Shown here: positions 23,688-34,111 of the stretch, in pieces | Numbering within the stretch: the stretch's first letter is position 1 | Layout of the letters: each line of letters opens with the position of its first letter | Sequence record: MK250029.1 | Length of the DNA stretch: 64,000 bases | Reading direction: 5' to 3' (one strand) | Program-made: the position numbers and the translations under genes | The notes under the pieces: generated by a model | What the model saw: only the letters and a program-made list of their open reading frames with translations | Told to the model about the DNA's origin: nothing | Databases searched by the model: none

Positions 23688-23926
23688 TACCATATCGATC
23701 TAAAATAACTATTATAAGAAACAGTAATTTTAAAAAGCATAATACATTATTAAATACTTTTTTGAAATTGATAGGAAGTAATTATCGTGATTTATATTAT
23801 GCATTAAATCATGATTTGAATTGTATTACAATGAATGACAGATCAGAGATAAATGATAATCAAATTATATATGCGAAATATTTAGGTATTGACATTATTG
23901 ATGAATCACTTAAGAGAATTAGTTAA
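23684..23926 (+). CDS. Hypothetical protein, 80 aa
   Basis: ATGA overlap with the endonuclease stop codon. Confidence 0.5.
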   Translation: MIPYRSKITIIRNSNFKKHNTLLNTFLKLIGSNYRDLYYALNHDLNCITMNDRSEINDNQIIYAKYLGIDIIDESLKRIS

Positions 23927-24017
23927 ATAGTATTATCGTGAAAAGTATTTCAATGAAGAAAATAATAAACTAATATTACAATATATTATATAAAATATAT
24001 AATTAACAAAAGAAAAG

Positions 24018-24149
24018 ATGAATTACGATATACAAATAGAAGATATTGATGTAATAGAGCAATTAGAAGATTTCAATGATGAGTATGTATATGATATTGA
24101 AGTAGATGATACTCATACATTCTTTGCAAATGATATTCTTGCTCACAAT
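24018..24149 (+). mobile_element. Split intein C-fragment, 44 aa, ends His-Asn, +1 residue Ser
   Basis: YVYDIEVDDTHTFFANDILAHN/S (blocks F and G). Confidence 0.9.
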
Positions 24150-24992
24150 TCAATATACGTAGAGTTTGGAAGAATTTGCCAACAATTAGATATTCCGGAG
24201 TCTGAATGTGCACAGTTTGTTGTTAATCTTTGGAATTATGGTTGTGGACCATATATGCAACAGAAATATGAAGAGTATGCGAAGAAATATAATTGTGATG
24301 TAAATATTCAGAATTTGGAGTTAGAGAAAATTGCGGATACAACAATTTTAACATCAAAGAAACATTATGCAATGGCAGAATGCTTTAAGGAACCTAATAT
24401 TTTCTTGGAACCAATGGAGGAAGTTGTTTATAAGGGTTTGGAAATTGTTCAAGGATCTACACCGCCATTTGCACGTGAATGTCAGAAAGATTTTACGCGT
24501 TATATGTTGCAGTGGTATCAAACACATAAAGAACGCCCACCTTATGAAGAAATTATATCTCGTATTAAGGGTTATAAACAGCAATTTTTATTTAAAGATC
24601 CTGCTGATATTTCAAAGGGAAGTTCAATAGGAAATTATCAGAAATTTGTATTGGATGATAAGAATAAGTTAGTGTTTGGTGAACATTGTCCTATTCAGGT
24701 TAAAGCTTCAGGAATTGCTAATTTTATTTTAAATCAGCCAAAGAATAAGAAATATAAGGTTAAATATAATCCTATTAAAACAGCAGATAAAGTAAAGTGG
24801 TATTATGCAAAAGATAGAACATATGATTGTTTTGCATTTTTGCCAGGGGCTTATCCGATTGAGTATGCACCGGAGATTGATTATGATAAGCAGTTTGAGA
24901 AAATGATTCTTGAGCCTTGTAATCGTATTATTAAAATTATCGGTTATACGACATTAACATCTAATTTATGTTATACTGCTGCACTTTGGTAA
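24018..24992 (+). CDS. polB: Split-intein C-half fused to the C-terminal part of family B DNA polymerase
   Basis: After ...LAHN comes SIYVEF; LELEKI, SKKHYA, YKGLEIVQGST, YDKQFEKMILEP. Confidence 0.9.
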   Translation: MNYDIQIEDIDVIEQLEDFNDEYVYDIEVDDTHTFFANDILAHNSIYVEFGRICQQLDIPESECAQFVVNLWNYGCGPYMQQKYEEYAKKYNCDVNIQNLELEKIADTTILTSKKHYAMAECFKEPNIFLEPMEEVVYKGLEIVQGSTPPFARECQKDFTRYMLQWYQTHKERPPYEEIISRIKGYKQQFLFKDPADISKGSSIGNYQKFVLDDKNKLVFGEHCPIQVKASGIANFILNQPKNKKYKVKYNPIKTADKVKWYYAKDRTYDCFAFLPGAYPIEYAPEIDYDKQFEKMILEPCNRIIKIIGYTTLTSNLCYTAALW

Positions 24993-25019
24993 TTTTTATA
25001 ATTAAAATATTTTAATAAA

Positions 25020-25445
25020 ATGACGGAAAACGAAATAATAGATGCTATATCATTTATTAATGCACATAAAGATATAGTTGGATATAATATAGCAAGAAAA
25101 GCAACTGAGTTGATTTATAAATATAATGGTTATCCAGATTTGGATGATATTGAACATAAGAGATTATATGATTTTTATGAAAAACATAAAGAAGTATGTA
25201 AAGGTGGAGATTCATATAGATTAATTGAATTATATACATGTGGATTTACTAATACTTATGTATGTAATGTATGTAATGAATCATATGATTATACTAATTA
25301 TGATAAAGAATGTTGGTCTGATGGAAAGAGAGAGAAATTACCATTTTCGTTTATTGAAGTTGGTACAGGTATCGGACCATGTATAACTATAGTATGTACA
25401 GAAAATAATGATTCTAAAGATATTACAGATATTGATTCATGGTAA
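25020..25445 (+). CDS. Hypothetical protein, Cys-rich
   Basis: 141-aa ORF. Confidence 0.6.
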   Translation: MTENEIIDAISFINAHKDIVGYNIARKATELIYKYNGYPDLDDIEHKRLYDFYEKHKEVCKGGDSYRLIELYTCGFTNTYVCNVCNESYDYTNYDKECWSDGKREKLPFSFIEVGTGIGPCITIVCTENNDSKDITDIDSW

Positions 25446-25475
25446 TAAAAAATAAATTATTTAATATAAAGATAT

Positions 25476-25736
25476 ATGAGATTAATTAAGATTGGTGCTG
25501 AATGGTGTGGTCCATGCGGTGTAATGGATAAGAGATTGGAAAATTTCAATGCATGCGACTACGTTAAATATGATGTTGATAATGAAGACGAGGAAACACT
25601 TGCAGTAATAGATAAGTATAATGTAAGAAATGTTCCGGTTATTATTTTGGAAGGTGATAATGGTGATGAACTTAAGAAATGGGTTGGTCTTGTATCACTA
25701 AATGATATTAATGCGGAAGTTGAAAAAAATAAGTAA
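25476..25736 (+). CDS. Thioredoxin-like protein
   Basis: WCGPC active site; VRNVP. Confidence 0.85.
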   Translation: MRLIKIGAEWCGPCGVMDKRLENFNACDYVKYDVDNEDEETLAVIDKYNVRNVPVIILEGDNGDELKKWVGLVSLNDINAEVEKNK

Positions 25737-25740
25737 TAAA

Positions 25741-25896
25741 ATGGGAGAAGAACTCACTAATGAAAATAGTGTTATATGTCAGTATTGTAATAAACCATAT
25801 TTTTTTCTTTCTATGAAATGTCCATTTTGTGGTAAGTATAGAAATGATGGTTATTTAATATTTACTGTACCTATTAAAGATAATGAAGGATATTAA
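25741..25896 (+). CDS. Small zinc-ribbon protein
   Basis: CQYC...CPFC. Confidence 0.5.
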   Translation: MGEELTNENSVICQYCNKPYFFLSMKCPFCGKYRNDGYLIFTVPIKDNEGY

Positions 25897-25987
25897 CATA
25901 CAGTTAATATCCTTTTTTATTTAATAAAACTTTTAATTTATTATCGTATATAATATTTGTAACAGAATTTTAATTAAACTTTAAATA

Positions 25988-27910
25988 ATGAATATCATAG
26001 ACAATATTAATGAGAAAATAAATCCATGTGATGACTTTTATAATTATGCTACAGGAAATTGGATAAAGAATAATCCACAACCTGATGAATATCCAACATG
26101 GAATGTATTTACAAAAATAGAAGAAGATAATATCGATAGGATTAGAGATATTATTACATCATCAAAAACTGATTCATCTGTAATTAATCACAAGATTAAT
26201 GATTGTTATAATATTATTATGAATTATGATAAAAGAAATAAAGATGGGAAGAAACCATTGATTTCTTATATCAATGAACATGTAAATAATCTTAAAACAA
26301 ATATGGATGTAATTCTTGAATCTGCACGAAATAATATTGAAATGTTTTTTGATACAGGGTTACAACCAGATAGTAAGGGATCAGGTAAATATGAAGTTGC
26401 TATATATCAGGATGGATTAGGTTTAGGAAATAAAGATTACTATTTGAAAGATACTGAAGAAAATCGAAAATATATGAATGCATATTCACAATATATTATT
26501 GATTTATATGAATATCTGTATAATGATAATAATATTGCGTTAATGGAAAATAATAAGATATTATCAATAGAAAATTTATTGGCACCTGATTCATATTCAG
26601 TAGAAGAACTTCAAGATCCTATACTTAATTATAATAGAATATCTGTTAATGAATTATCAGAAAAAACATGTTTTGATTGGCGATTATATTTAGATACATT
26701 AGGTTATACAGAAACAAATGAAGTTATTGTAAGTAATATTGAATTTTTAAAGTGTGCATGTAAACTTCTCTTAACATTAGATACTTCTTATTTAAAGACT
26801 TTTTATGAATGGCAGGTAATTAATATTGCTGCAACAAAACTTGATGATAAAATATATGACTTAGTGTTTAAGTATAGTCAGGTATTTACAGGTGCAAAAG
26901 TACAGTATCCGAAAGAAAAAAGAGCAATTAATAAGATTAATAGTGTTTTTTCCGAAGTCATCGGACAAATTTATGTTAAAAAGTATTTTAATAAAGATTC
27001 AAAGAATGATGTTATTAATATTATTGAAAATTTAAAGTCATCATTTGAAACTATTATAAATAGTCAAACATGGATGAGTAATGAAACAAAAGAAAAAGCA
27101 TTAGATAAATTACATGCAATGAAACTTAAAATAGGGTATCCAGATAAATTTGAAGATTTTTCTGATATTCCTATTGATATTAATTTAACATATTTTGAAA
27201 ATTCATTAAATATTCAGGAATATTTTAGAAAGAAAAATATGGAAAAACATTATAATAAGGAAATTGATTATAATGAATGGTATATGGATCCACAGACTAT
27301 TAATGCTTATTATGATTGTATTCAAAATGAGATTTGCTTTCCTGCTGGTATTCTTCAATATCCATTTTATGATCCTAATAGAGATCCTGAATATAATTAT
27401 GGAGCAATAGGTACAATTATTGCACATGAAATGACACATGCTTTTGATAATCATGGACGACATTATGATAAACATGGTATATTGAATGACTGGTGGACTG
27501 AAAGTGATTCTAATAAATTCAATGAATTAACAGATATAACAAAAGAACGGTTTAATAATCTTGAAGCTTTACCAGGATTAAAATGTGATGGTTCATTAAC
27601 ATTGGGTGAAAATATAGCAGATTATGGAGGATTGAAGATTGCATATTATGCATGTAAAAATATTATGAAACCAGGAATATGTACAACAAAAATTTGGGAA
27701 CATAAATTCTTTTTAGCATATGCAAATAATTGGTCTGAAATTACAACTGATGAAGCTATTAAGAATCTGGTCGCAAATAATGAACATACTATTAATCGAT
27801 TACGTGTAAATGGAACATTACCTATGTTTACACCTTGGATAGATTATTATAATGTAAAAAAGACAAATAAATTGTATTTGGATATAGACAAACGTGCAAA
27901 AATTTGGTAA
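25988..27910 (+). CDS. pepO: M13-family (neprilysin/PepO-like) zinc metallopeptidase
   Basis: NPCDDFYNYATG.W, INAYY, FPAGILQ, HEMTH, GENIADYGG. Confidence 0.92.
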   Translation: MNIIDNINEKINPCDDFYNYATGNWIKNNPQPDEYPTWNVFTKIEEDNIDRIRDIITSSKTDSSVINHKINDCYNIIMNYDKRNKDGKKPLISYINEHVNNLKTNMDVILESARNNIEMFFDTGLQPDSKGSGKYEVAIYQDGLGLGNKDYYLKDTEENRKYMNAYSQYIIDLYEYLYNDNNIALMENNKILSIENLLAPDSYSVEELQDPILNYNRISVNELSEKTCFDWRLYLDTLGYTETNEVIVSNIEFLKCACKLLLTLDTSYLKTFYEWQVINIAATKLDDKIYDLVFKYSQVFTGAKVQYPKEKRAINKINSVFSEVIGQIYVKKYFNKDSKNDVINIIENLKSSFETIINSQTWMSNETKEKALDKLHAMKLKIGYPDKFEDFSDIPIDINLTYFENSLNIQEYFRKKNMEKHYNKEIDYNEWYMDPQTINAYYDCIQNEICFPAGILQYPFYDPNRDPEYNYGAIGTIIAHEMTHAFDNHGRHYDKHGILNDWWTESDSNKFNELTDITKERFNNLEALPGLKCDGSLTLGENIADYGGLKIAYYACKNIMKPGICTTKIWEHKFFLAYANNWSEITTDEAIKNLVANNEHTINRLRVNGTLPMFTPWIDYYNVKKTNKLYLDIDKRAKIW

Positions 27911-27930
27911 ATAAAATAAAAACATATAAT

Positions 27931-28179
27931 ATGAGTACAATTATTACTTCAACGTTATTGGTACTATTTGTGTTGTTGTTTATCATGCTTATTGTAATTT
28001 CCGGTCGTATGAGACGTGATTATGAAGATAAGTTACAGATGGAGGAACAGCAAGGAAAAGAAGCATTTAGTGCTGATGTTATAAAGGAACAAGAGAACTC
28101 ACATACAATTAATATTTCTTCAGAAGAATTATCTAATGAAGTAGAGGATGTGAGTATTGTAAATTTTAAGATTAAGTAA
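27931..28179 (+). CDS. Small membrane-anchored protein
   Basis: N-terminal hydrophobic helix. Confidence 0.55.
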   Translation: MSTIITSTLLVLFVLLFIMLIVISGRMRRDYEDKLQMEEQQGKEAFSADVIKEQENSHTINISSEELSNEVEDVSIVNFKIK

Positions 28180-28215
28180 AACGAGAATTATTAATAATAA
28201 AATAAGTTAGAAATT

Positions 28216-28677
28216 ATGATGGAATCTGTTATTGCAATCAGTGTAGGTTTCTTTATTATGATGTGTATTATTATAAAGTTTATAGTAATTAATAATATTC
28301 ATGATATTCCTGATATTGTAGATAATACAGATGATGATATTTAGAATACCTTGAAATAGGATGTTCAATATAAGAGTGTATAGGATGTTGATGGCATAGA
28401 TGATATATCTATTAATAGTATTGATGTAAATATTGATACTGATATTATTAATCATGATTTAACATTTAATAATAATGATGATGAGACATCTGATGATGAT
28501 ATACAATAGTTAATGCTTTTAATAGAACCTATAGAAGATAATATTAAACAAGTTTCTGAGAATAATAGCAATATATTCTCAGAAACTTCTCGTATATTAA
28601 ATTTTAGTGCAAAACATGAAAAAGAAATAGATTTATCTGGTACTACTTTAATTTCATTAAGATCTATTAAACAATAA
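28216..28677 (+). CDS. Membrane-anchored acidic protein, 153 aa, 4 TAG (not in the ORF track)
   Basis: Open with TAG read-through; N-terminal TM helix then D/N-rich tract. Confidence 0.55.
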
Positions 28678-28726
28678 TAGTAATTTTTTGTATAATATTT
28701 AAATGAAAATCTAATTGAAATTAAAT

Positions 28727-29287
28727 ATGAGTTATACTTATAATGAAACACGTACAGATATGCCTGTATATGATGAAGGTACTCGTACGAAAGAAGATAA
28801 GGATATTATCTTTGTAACAACTTAGTCTGATAAGGTAAAAACAGATATTGAAGAAGATGAACCATGTGGCGAACCTTGCGGTGATCCTGTGGATAAATCT
28901 TTTAATGTACCTATTAAAGAAAATAAACTTTAGCCACTAAAACCTAATAAGATTGTATTTAAGGAACAAGCTTAGATTTCTCATAAGAAAGAAGCAAACC
29001 CTATCTTTAATACAGATAATTTAAATGTGGTTGAGCATCCAAATCATTATGGTGCAGGAAACGGAGGTTTGCAATGTATTGAAGCAATGCTTTAGACTTT
29101 CGGTAAAAATGCAACAATGGATTTTTGTAAATTGAATGCATTTAAATATATTTGGAGATCTGATCATAAAGATAAGGAAGTTCAGGATATGGAGAAAGCA
29201 AAGAGATACCTTGAGTATTGGCATGTACTTGCAAAACTTAGTGGTAATTCAGATGATGGTTCATTCCATGCATATCTTAATAATTAA
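28727..29287 (+). CDS. DUF3310 (SaV-like) domain protein, 186 aa, 4 TAG (not in the ORF track)
   Basis: VEHPNHYG...CIEAML(Q)TFG...FCKLNAFKYIWR..HK...DMEKAKRYL. Confidence 0.8.
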
Positions 29288-29360
29288 AAATATTTTTTAA
29301 ATTGTTAATACTTTATTTTTTTATTTAGGAAATATAGTGTATCTTTGTATTGTAAAAATA

Positions 29361-29534
29361 ATGAATAAAGTATTAACAATTAAATATATAAAAATTATGA
29401 TAACATTTCTTTTAGGATTTTTCGGTATTATCTTGTTGTTTGCATTTGCATGTGCAGTAATTCCAGTACTATTTAGTATTATTGGTATGGTATTACAATT
29501 CATTTGGGCAATTTTGACAGGTGATATACGATAA
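29361..29534 (+). CDS. Small hydrophobic peptide
   Basis: Follows TATCTTTG at 29340; strongly hydrophobic. Confidence 0.45.
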   Translation: MNKVLTIKYIKIMITFLLGFFGIILLFAFACAVIPVLFSIIGMVLQFIWAILTGDIR

Positions 29535-29634
29535 AAATAAAGTTTGTTTCAAACTATAAATGAAACTGGCGGCCTGTTATATTTTCTAAAAATATAACTT
29601 GTATAATTAATATAAAAATAAAAATATTTTAATT

Positions 29635-29907
29635 ATGCGTACATGGCTTGATAAAAAAACGAATCAATGGGTATCAGAAAGACCTAAAATTACATGGACA
29701 GGTTTAGTAGATATTAATACTGGTGAAAAAATATTCGAAGATGATACAATTTCTATTATAGATATTTGTACATATCCTATAAAAAACAGAGGACGTAAAA
29801 TTATTACATTAAAACCTAATGATAAACATTTTAATATTTGGACATGTCCTGAATATTATCAAGATGAATGTAAACCAATATTAATTAAGAAAGGAGATAC
29901 TAAATGA
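29635..29907 (+). CDS. Hypothetical protein
   Basis: 90-aa ORF. Confidence 0.55.
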   Translation: MRTWLDKKTNQWVSERPKITWTGLVDINTGEKIFEDDTISIIDICTYPIKNRGRKIITLKPNDKHFNIWTCPEYYQDECKPILIKKGDTK

Positions 29908-30620
29908 CTGCAGAATATAATAAAGGTTCAGAATGGTTAAATACTATTTTTAATAAGATTCCTTTTAGCAAAGACTTAGAGAAGTTATGGGATTCAGAAG
30001 AGTATTCAAAACATTATAAAACAGATCATGATACTATAGATATTTCTAAATATGGTCCGTTTTTTGAGACTATTGAAGATGATATTTATAAGTTTTATGA
30101 ACTTATGGAATATGGTTGTAATCATTTATGGATGTATTGGCCTTATAATAAAGAGATTGAAGATAACCTCATAAAGTTGGGTCTTATGTCTGGAAGAAAT
30201 CGCAATACACGTTGGTATAATGATCTTACAGAAATTAAGTATGAATATGATTATGAGCTGGGATATATGGGAACTCTAATGAATACATTTGGTAATTATA
30301 ATAAATGTTATTATGATGAAGATTCTATAAGATTTTATCATTTTACATATAATAGTAATTGTCAGTCATTTGGTGGTGTTGTTTTATTTGTAGATAGATT
30401 ACATCATGATATTTATATATTTGGTATAGGTGAAGATGATGGTTGGATGTTTCCTAATACTACATGGTACCATGATTATGAAAAATATGGTATAAACAAA
30501 TACGAATTGTGGCAACTTTGTGCAATGGTAAATGATGTACATGTAGATAATTTTGATAACCAATTGATTATAGAAAAATTGTACAACGAGTATACAAAAT
30601 ATGAACACAAAAACATTTGA
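29904..30620 (+). CDS. Hypothetical protein
   Basis: 238-aa ORF overlapping its neighbours. Confidence 0.65.
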   Translation: MTAEYNKGSEWLNTIFNKIPFSKDLEKLWDSEEYSKHYKTDHDTIDISKYGPFFETIEDDIYKFYELMEYGCNHLWMYWPYNKEIEDNLIKLGLMSGRNRNTRWYNDLTEIKYEYDYELGYMGTLMNTFGNYNKCYYDEDSIRFYHFTYNSNCQSFGGVVLFVDRLHHDIYIFGIGEDDGWMFPNTTWYHDYEKYGINKYELWQLCAMVNDVHVDNFDNQLIIEKLYNEYTKYEHKNI

Positions 30621-30903
30621 TGAATGGTCAAAGTCGTTGGAAACAATGGACTTTGACCATTATTCTTTAGAAATGAAAAACACTATTTTAAAAGGTAATC
30701 TTCCAGATAATGAAAAGAAACTTTTTGAAATTTGTTTTGATTATGTATATAAATTACATAAAGAAAATAAACCTTTAGATGTAAAATTACTGCAAATTCA
30801 TCTTGAACAAATTCATGATTTTGAAGAAGTAAAGATGCAGGATTTTATACGTATAGTAATTTTATTAGGATATTGTGGTTTTAATATAACAATGTTGCAT
30901 TAA
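30601..30903 (+). CDS. Hypothetical protein
   Basis: 100-aa ORF. Confidence 0.55.
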   Translation: MNTKTFDEWSKSLETMDFDHYSLEMKNTILKGNLPDNEKKLFEICFDYVYKLHKENKPLDVKLLQIHLEQIHDFEEVKMQDFIRIVILLGYCGFNITMLH

Positions 30904-30963
30904 AATATAAACTTTATTGTAATTTTATAATAAAATATACATAATAAATTAATTCAATTTTTA

Positions 30964-31986
30964 ATGGACGTTACTAAAATAAAAACATATTTAGCAAGTA
31001 ATAAAGTTTGTTTTGTTACAAACTCATTAGCAATGCCGAGTACGTTATTAGTTTCATCTCTAAAAACATATATAGAATATATTCCTATATAGAATTTCTG
31101 GTTAATTCCTGGTATAAGAGATAATAAACCATTTTATGGAATAGATGCATTTCTTTTAATGTTGAATTATTTCTTATCAAATAAGAATTTTGATTATGTT
31201 ATCTATATAGATGAAGATTGTTTTATAACTGATTTTTATTCATTAGTAAATGAATTTATGAATTTTACAGAAAGTGGTTGTGTATTAGCAGGACCACAAG
31301 ATGGTGGAGTTTTTTGTCATAGAAATCATAGTCGATTGATGATTAATACTTTCTTAAGTTTTTGGAATATAAAATTACTTAGAGATAAAAAAATAACATT
31401 TGATAATATTATTAATTATATTTCTAATGAATTTAAAAATAATTCCAATACTTTATATAAAAATTTTATACAGAAATTAATAATTAATAATGATAAATTA
31501 TTATTTACGTATATGAATGAAAAATCAATGAATATGATAAACGATGTAAAAACATTTCGTGAAAGTAGAGTTGATTTACCAAATCATGAAACACCTTATT
31601 GTAAAATAGTAAGAGATGATCCTAACAACAAGATAGAGCCTCATCAAATTCCATATAGTTGGGATGACGATGTTGCAGAAATTAATTTTGAACCTTATTA
31701 TATAATTGAACAAGCATTAATAATATTATCTGATTCACCGATATATTATTTGTTTGGAACAGACTTATATGATTCAGATTATATAAAGAGAAATGTAACA
31801 TTTGATACATCAGGATTAACATCTGCAATTTTTTCTTATAAACCTGATAATGAGTTTTATGATAGAAAATTGATTGCTGTTCATACATGGTTTAGCAGAG
31901 CATATACAAAATGGCCTCAAACAGAAGAACAGTTAAATCATACAAAACGAATTAATTCAATTATTAAGAATTTTTCTAGAATTTAA
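30964..31986 (+). CDS. Putative GT-A-fold glycosyltransferase, 340 aa; TAG at codon 43
   Basis: FDYVIYIDEDCFI (DxD motif); extends upstream of 31159 through TAG 31090. Confidence 0.55.
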
Positions 31987-32053
31987 TATAAACTTTTTAA
32001 TTAAATTCAACTATAATTAACATAATAAAAACATTTAATAAAGATTAATAATA

Positions 32054-32932
32054 ATGAATTTAGTTTTTAAAAATAAAGGTACTACTGCTGGATTTGCTGC
32101 ATGGCTTTCTGCTTTTAAGGAAATTCAAAGTTCACTTCTTATTGAATGTGATTTGAAAGAGCAATGCTTTGTTTCGAAAGGATTTACTGCAGATCATACA
32201 GTTGTAAAGTATTCTAAGATTTCATTTGATAATGCAGGTTTGGAAATTCTCAATATTAGAGATAATGATAATGTTGCATATTCAGTGGAGGAATGGAATG
32301 AAAAGTATAATGTACGTATTAAGATTGGTATCTTCATGATTCTACCTAAATTTATTTCTGTAATTGATATTTTTAAAGATACAGATTTTAATTTTACTGT
32401 AGATTTTGATGTATATAAATCACATACTGGTGATGAATTTCATGCACAGGCAATTAAGATTAAATCACGTACAAATAGTATGAAGGTAAAGGATTGTAAT
32501 ATCTCTGAGTTTGAACAGGTTTCAGATGATTTGTTCTTTACACGAATTAATGTGATTGATAAGCCGATGTCATTTGAGATTCCTATGAGTGTATTGAAGA
32601 ATTTGACAAGTATTTCTGGTATTTTTGTAACAGATGCAAAGAAAGATATTATCAAATTTTATACAAAAATTGATGAAGGAACAAACAAATGGGGACTTTA
32701 TGCGTATGATGATACAAATGAGTCTTATGATTATCTCTTAGGCTTTTTGACAAATGGTGAAGGTGTAGAGAATAGTGTTCCTATTTATAGAAGTAATTTC
32801 TTTACAGCAATTAATTTAAAAGGTGGTGATGATAGTGTTATTATTACATTACCTGCAGATTCAAAACAGAAAGTACGTGTAGAATCAGTTGATGGTACTT
32901 CATATACAGTTTTATCAACTGTAACACAGTAA
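32054..32932 (+). CDS. Hypothetical protein, possibly a sliding clamp
   Basis: 292-aa acidic alpha/beta-looking ORF in the replication region; no diagnostic motif seen. Confidence 0.3.
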   Translation: MNLVFKNKGTTAGFAAWLSAFKEIQSSLLIECDLKEQCFVSKGFTADHTVVKYSKISFDNAGLEILNIRDNDNVAYSVEEWNEKYNVRIKIGIFMILPKFISVIDIFKDTDFNFTVDFDVYKSHTGDEFHAQAIKIKSRTNSMKVKDCNISEFEQVSDDLFFTRINVIDKPMSFEIPMSVLKNLTSISGIFVTDAKKDIIKFYTKIDEGTNKWGLYAYDDTNESYDYLLGFLTNGEGVENSVPIYRSNFFTAINLKGGDDSVIITLPADSKQKVRVESVDGTSYTVLSTVTQ

Positions 32933-33001
32933 TTAATAAATAATAATTTTAATATTTAATTTTATAAGTTTTTAAGTTTAATTTTTTAAAAATACTTTTT
33001 A

Positions 33002-34111
33002 ATGGCAAAATTTAATGAATTGACTCAGCGTTATGAGTGGGACGAACCTAAAGATGGTTCATTTAATTGGACTCCATATGAAGATGGATGGAATGGTACT
33101 TCACTTAAGGTGAATAAGAATATTAAGACAAAGAATAATGAGAAGGTATTTAGTCATGAATCTTATGCACAGGAATTGTATGATGCATATGCAAATGTTC
33201 ATGTAATTGGTAGTAAGGAACTTGTTAAGAATTCACTTGTTCATATTTCTGATATTGATACAATTGATGATGATACATTGATGCTTACTATTAATGGTGG
33301 TTCTAATAATGTAGTTGTTGACCTTAATAAGGAACATCAGTTCTTCAACCAGTTTAATGTTGGTGATGATAAGACAATGGATAAGGAAATGTTTGTAGAA
33401 GCATTGAAGGATCCTAAGTTTAAGGAACAACTTCTTGGTATGGATTTGAATGCTAAGATTACAGAGGGTGATGTTGAGAAGGCGTCTATCTGGAATGGTT
33501 ATGTTGAAACACTTGAACGTGAGATGAAGGAGCAGATCACTAAGAAGTCTAAGGCATATTATGCAACAATTATGTCTACTAATAAGGGTGGATTTGTTGT
33601 TGATATTATGAATACCGTTAAGGCGTTTATGCCAGGTTCTATGGCTGCTGCAAACCGTGTTACTGATTTTGAGAGCATGGTTGGTAAGAAGTTTGAGGTT
33701 ATGATTGAATCATATGATCCTAATTATGGATTTGTAGTAAGTCGTAAGAAGTTCTTGAAGACAATGCTTCCTGTTAAGCTTCGTGAACTTGAGGATATGT
33801 TGGAAACCGATAAGGACCATGTATTTGAGGGTAAGGTAACAGGTACTACATCATTTGGTGTATTCGTAGAGCTTGATGAATTTATTACAGGTATGTTGCA
33901 TAAGACACTTGTAAAGGATGAGACACGTGAGGCTATGCGTAATAATGAGATTGTTGCGGGTTCAAATGTACAGGTATATGTACATAAGATTGAGAAGAAT
34001 CGCGTAATTTTGTCAGATGTTCCATCTGATGAGCGTGATGCGGTTATTGCTCGCCGTGAGGCTGAAGAGGCTGCAGCAGATGCAGAAAAAGAAGAGAATA
34101 AAGTTAATTAA
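33002..34111 (+). CDS. Ribosomal protein S1-like protein (two S1 domains)
   Basis: ATIMSTNKGGFVVDI...AFMPGS and EGKVTGTTSFGVFVELDEFITGMLH. Confidence 0.8.
   Translation: MAKFNELTQRYEWDEPKDGSFNWTPYEDGWNGTSLKVNKNIKTKNNEKVFSHESYAQELYDAYANVHVIGSKELVKNSLVHISDIDTIDDDTLMLTINGGSNNVVVDLNKEHQFFNQFNVGDDKTMDKEMFVEALKDPKFKEQLLGMDLNAKITEGDVEKASIWNGYVETLEREMKEQITKKSKAYYATIMSTNKGGFVVDIMNTVKAFMPGSMAAANRVTDFESMVGKKFEVMIESYDPNYGFVVSRKKFLKTMLPVKLRELEDMLETDKDHVFEGKVTGTTSFGVFVELDEFITGMLHKTLVKDETREAMRNNEIVAGSNVQVYVHKIEKNRVILSDVPSDERDAVIARREAEEAAADAEKEENKVN

Noticed and set aside
22138-24017. A single contiguous intein containing the endonuclease
   Set aside because: IntN ends in TAA TAA, the endonuclease has its own ATG and TGA, and IntC has its own ATG and promoter
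28807-28814. Sixth TATCTTTG match
   Set aside because: It lies inside the DUF3310 coding frame and lacks the extended GTG context
29555-29605. GC-rich patch CTGGCGGCC with flanking hairpins
   Set aside because: Too short to assign, and no recognisable ncRNA fold
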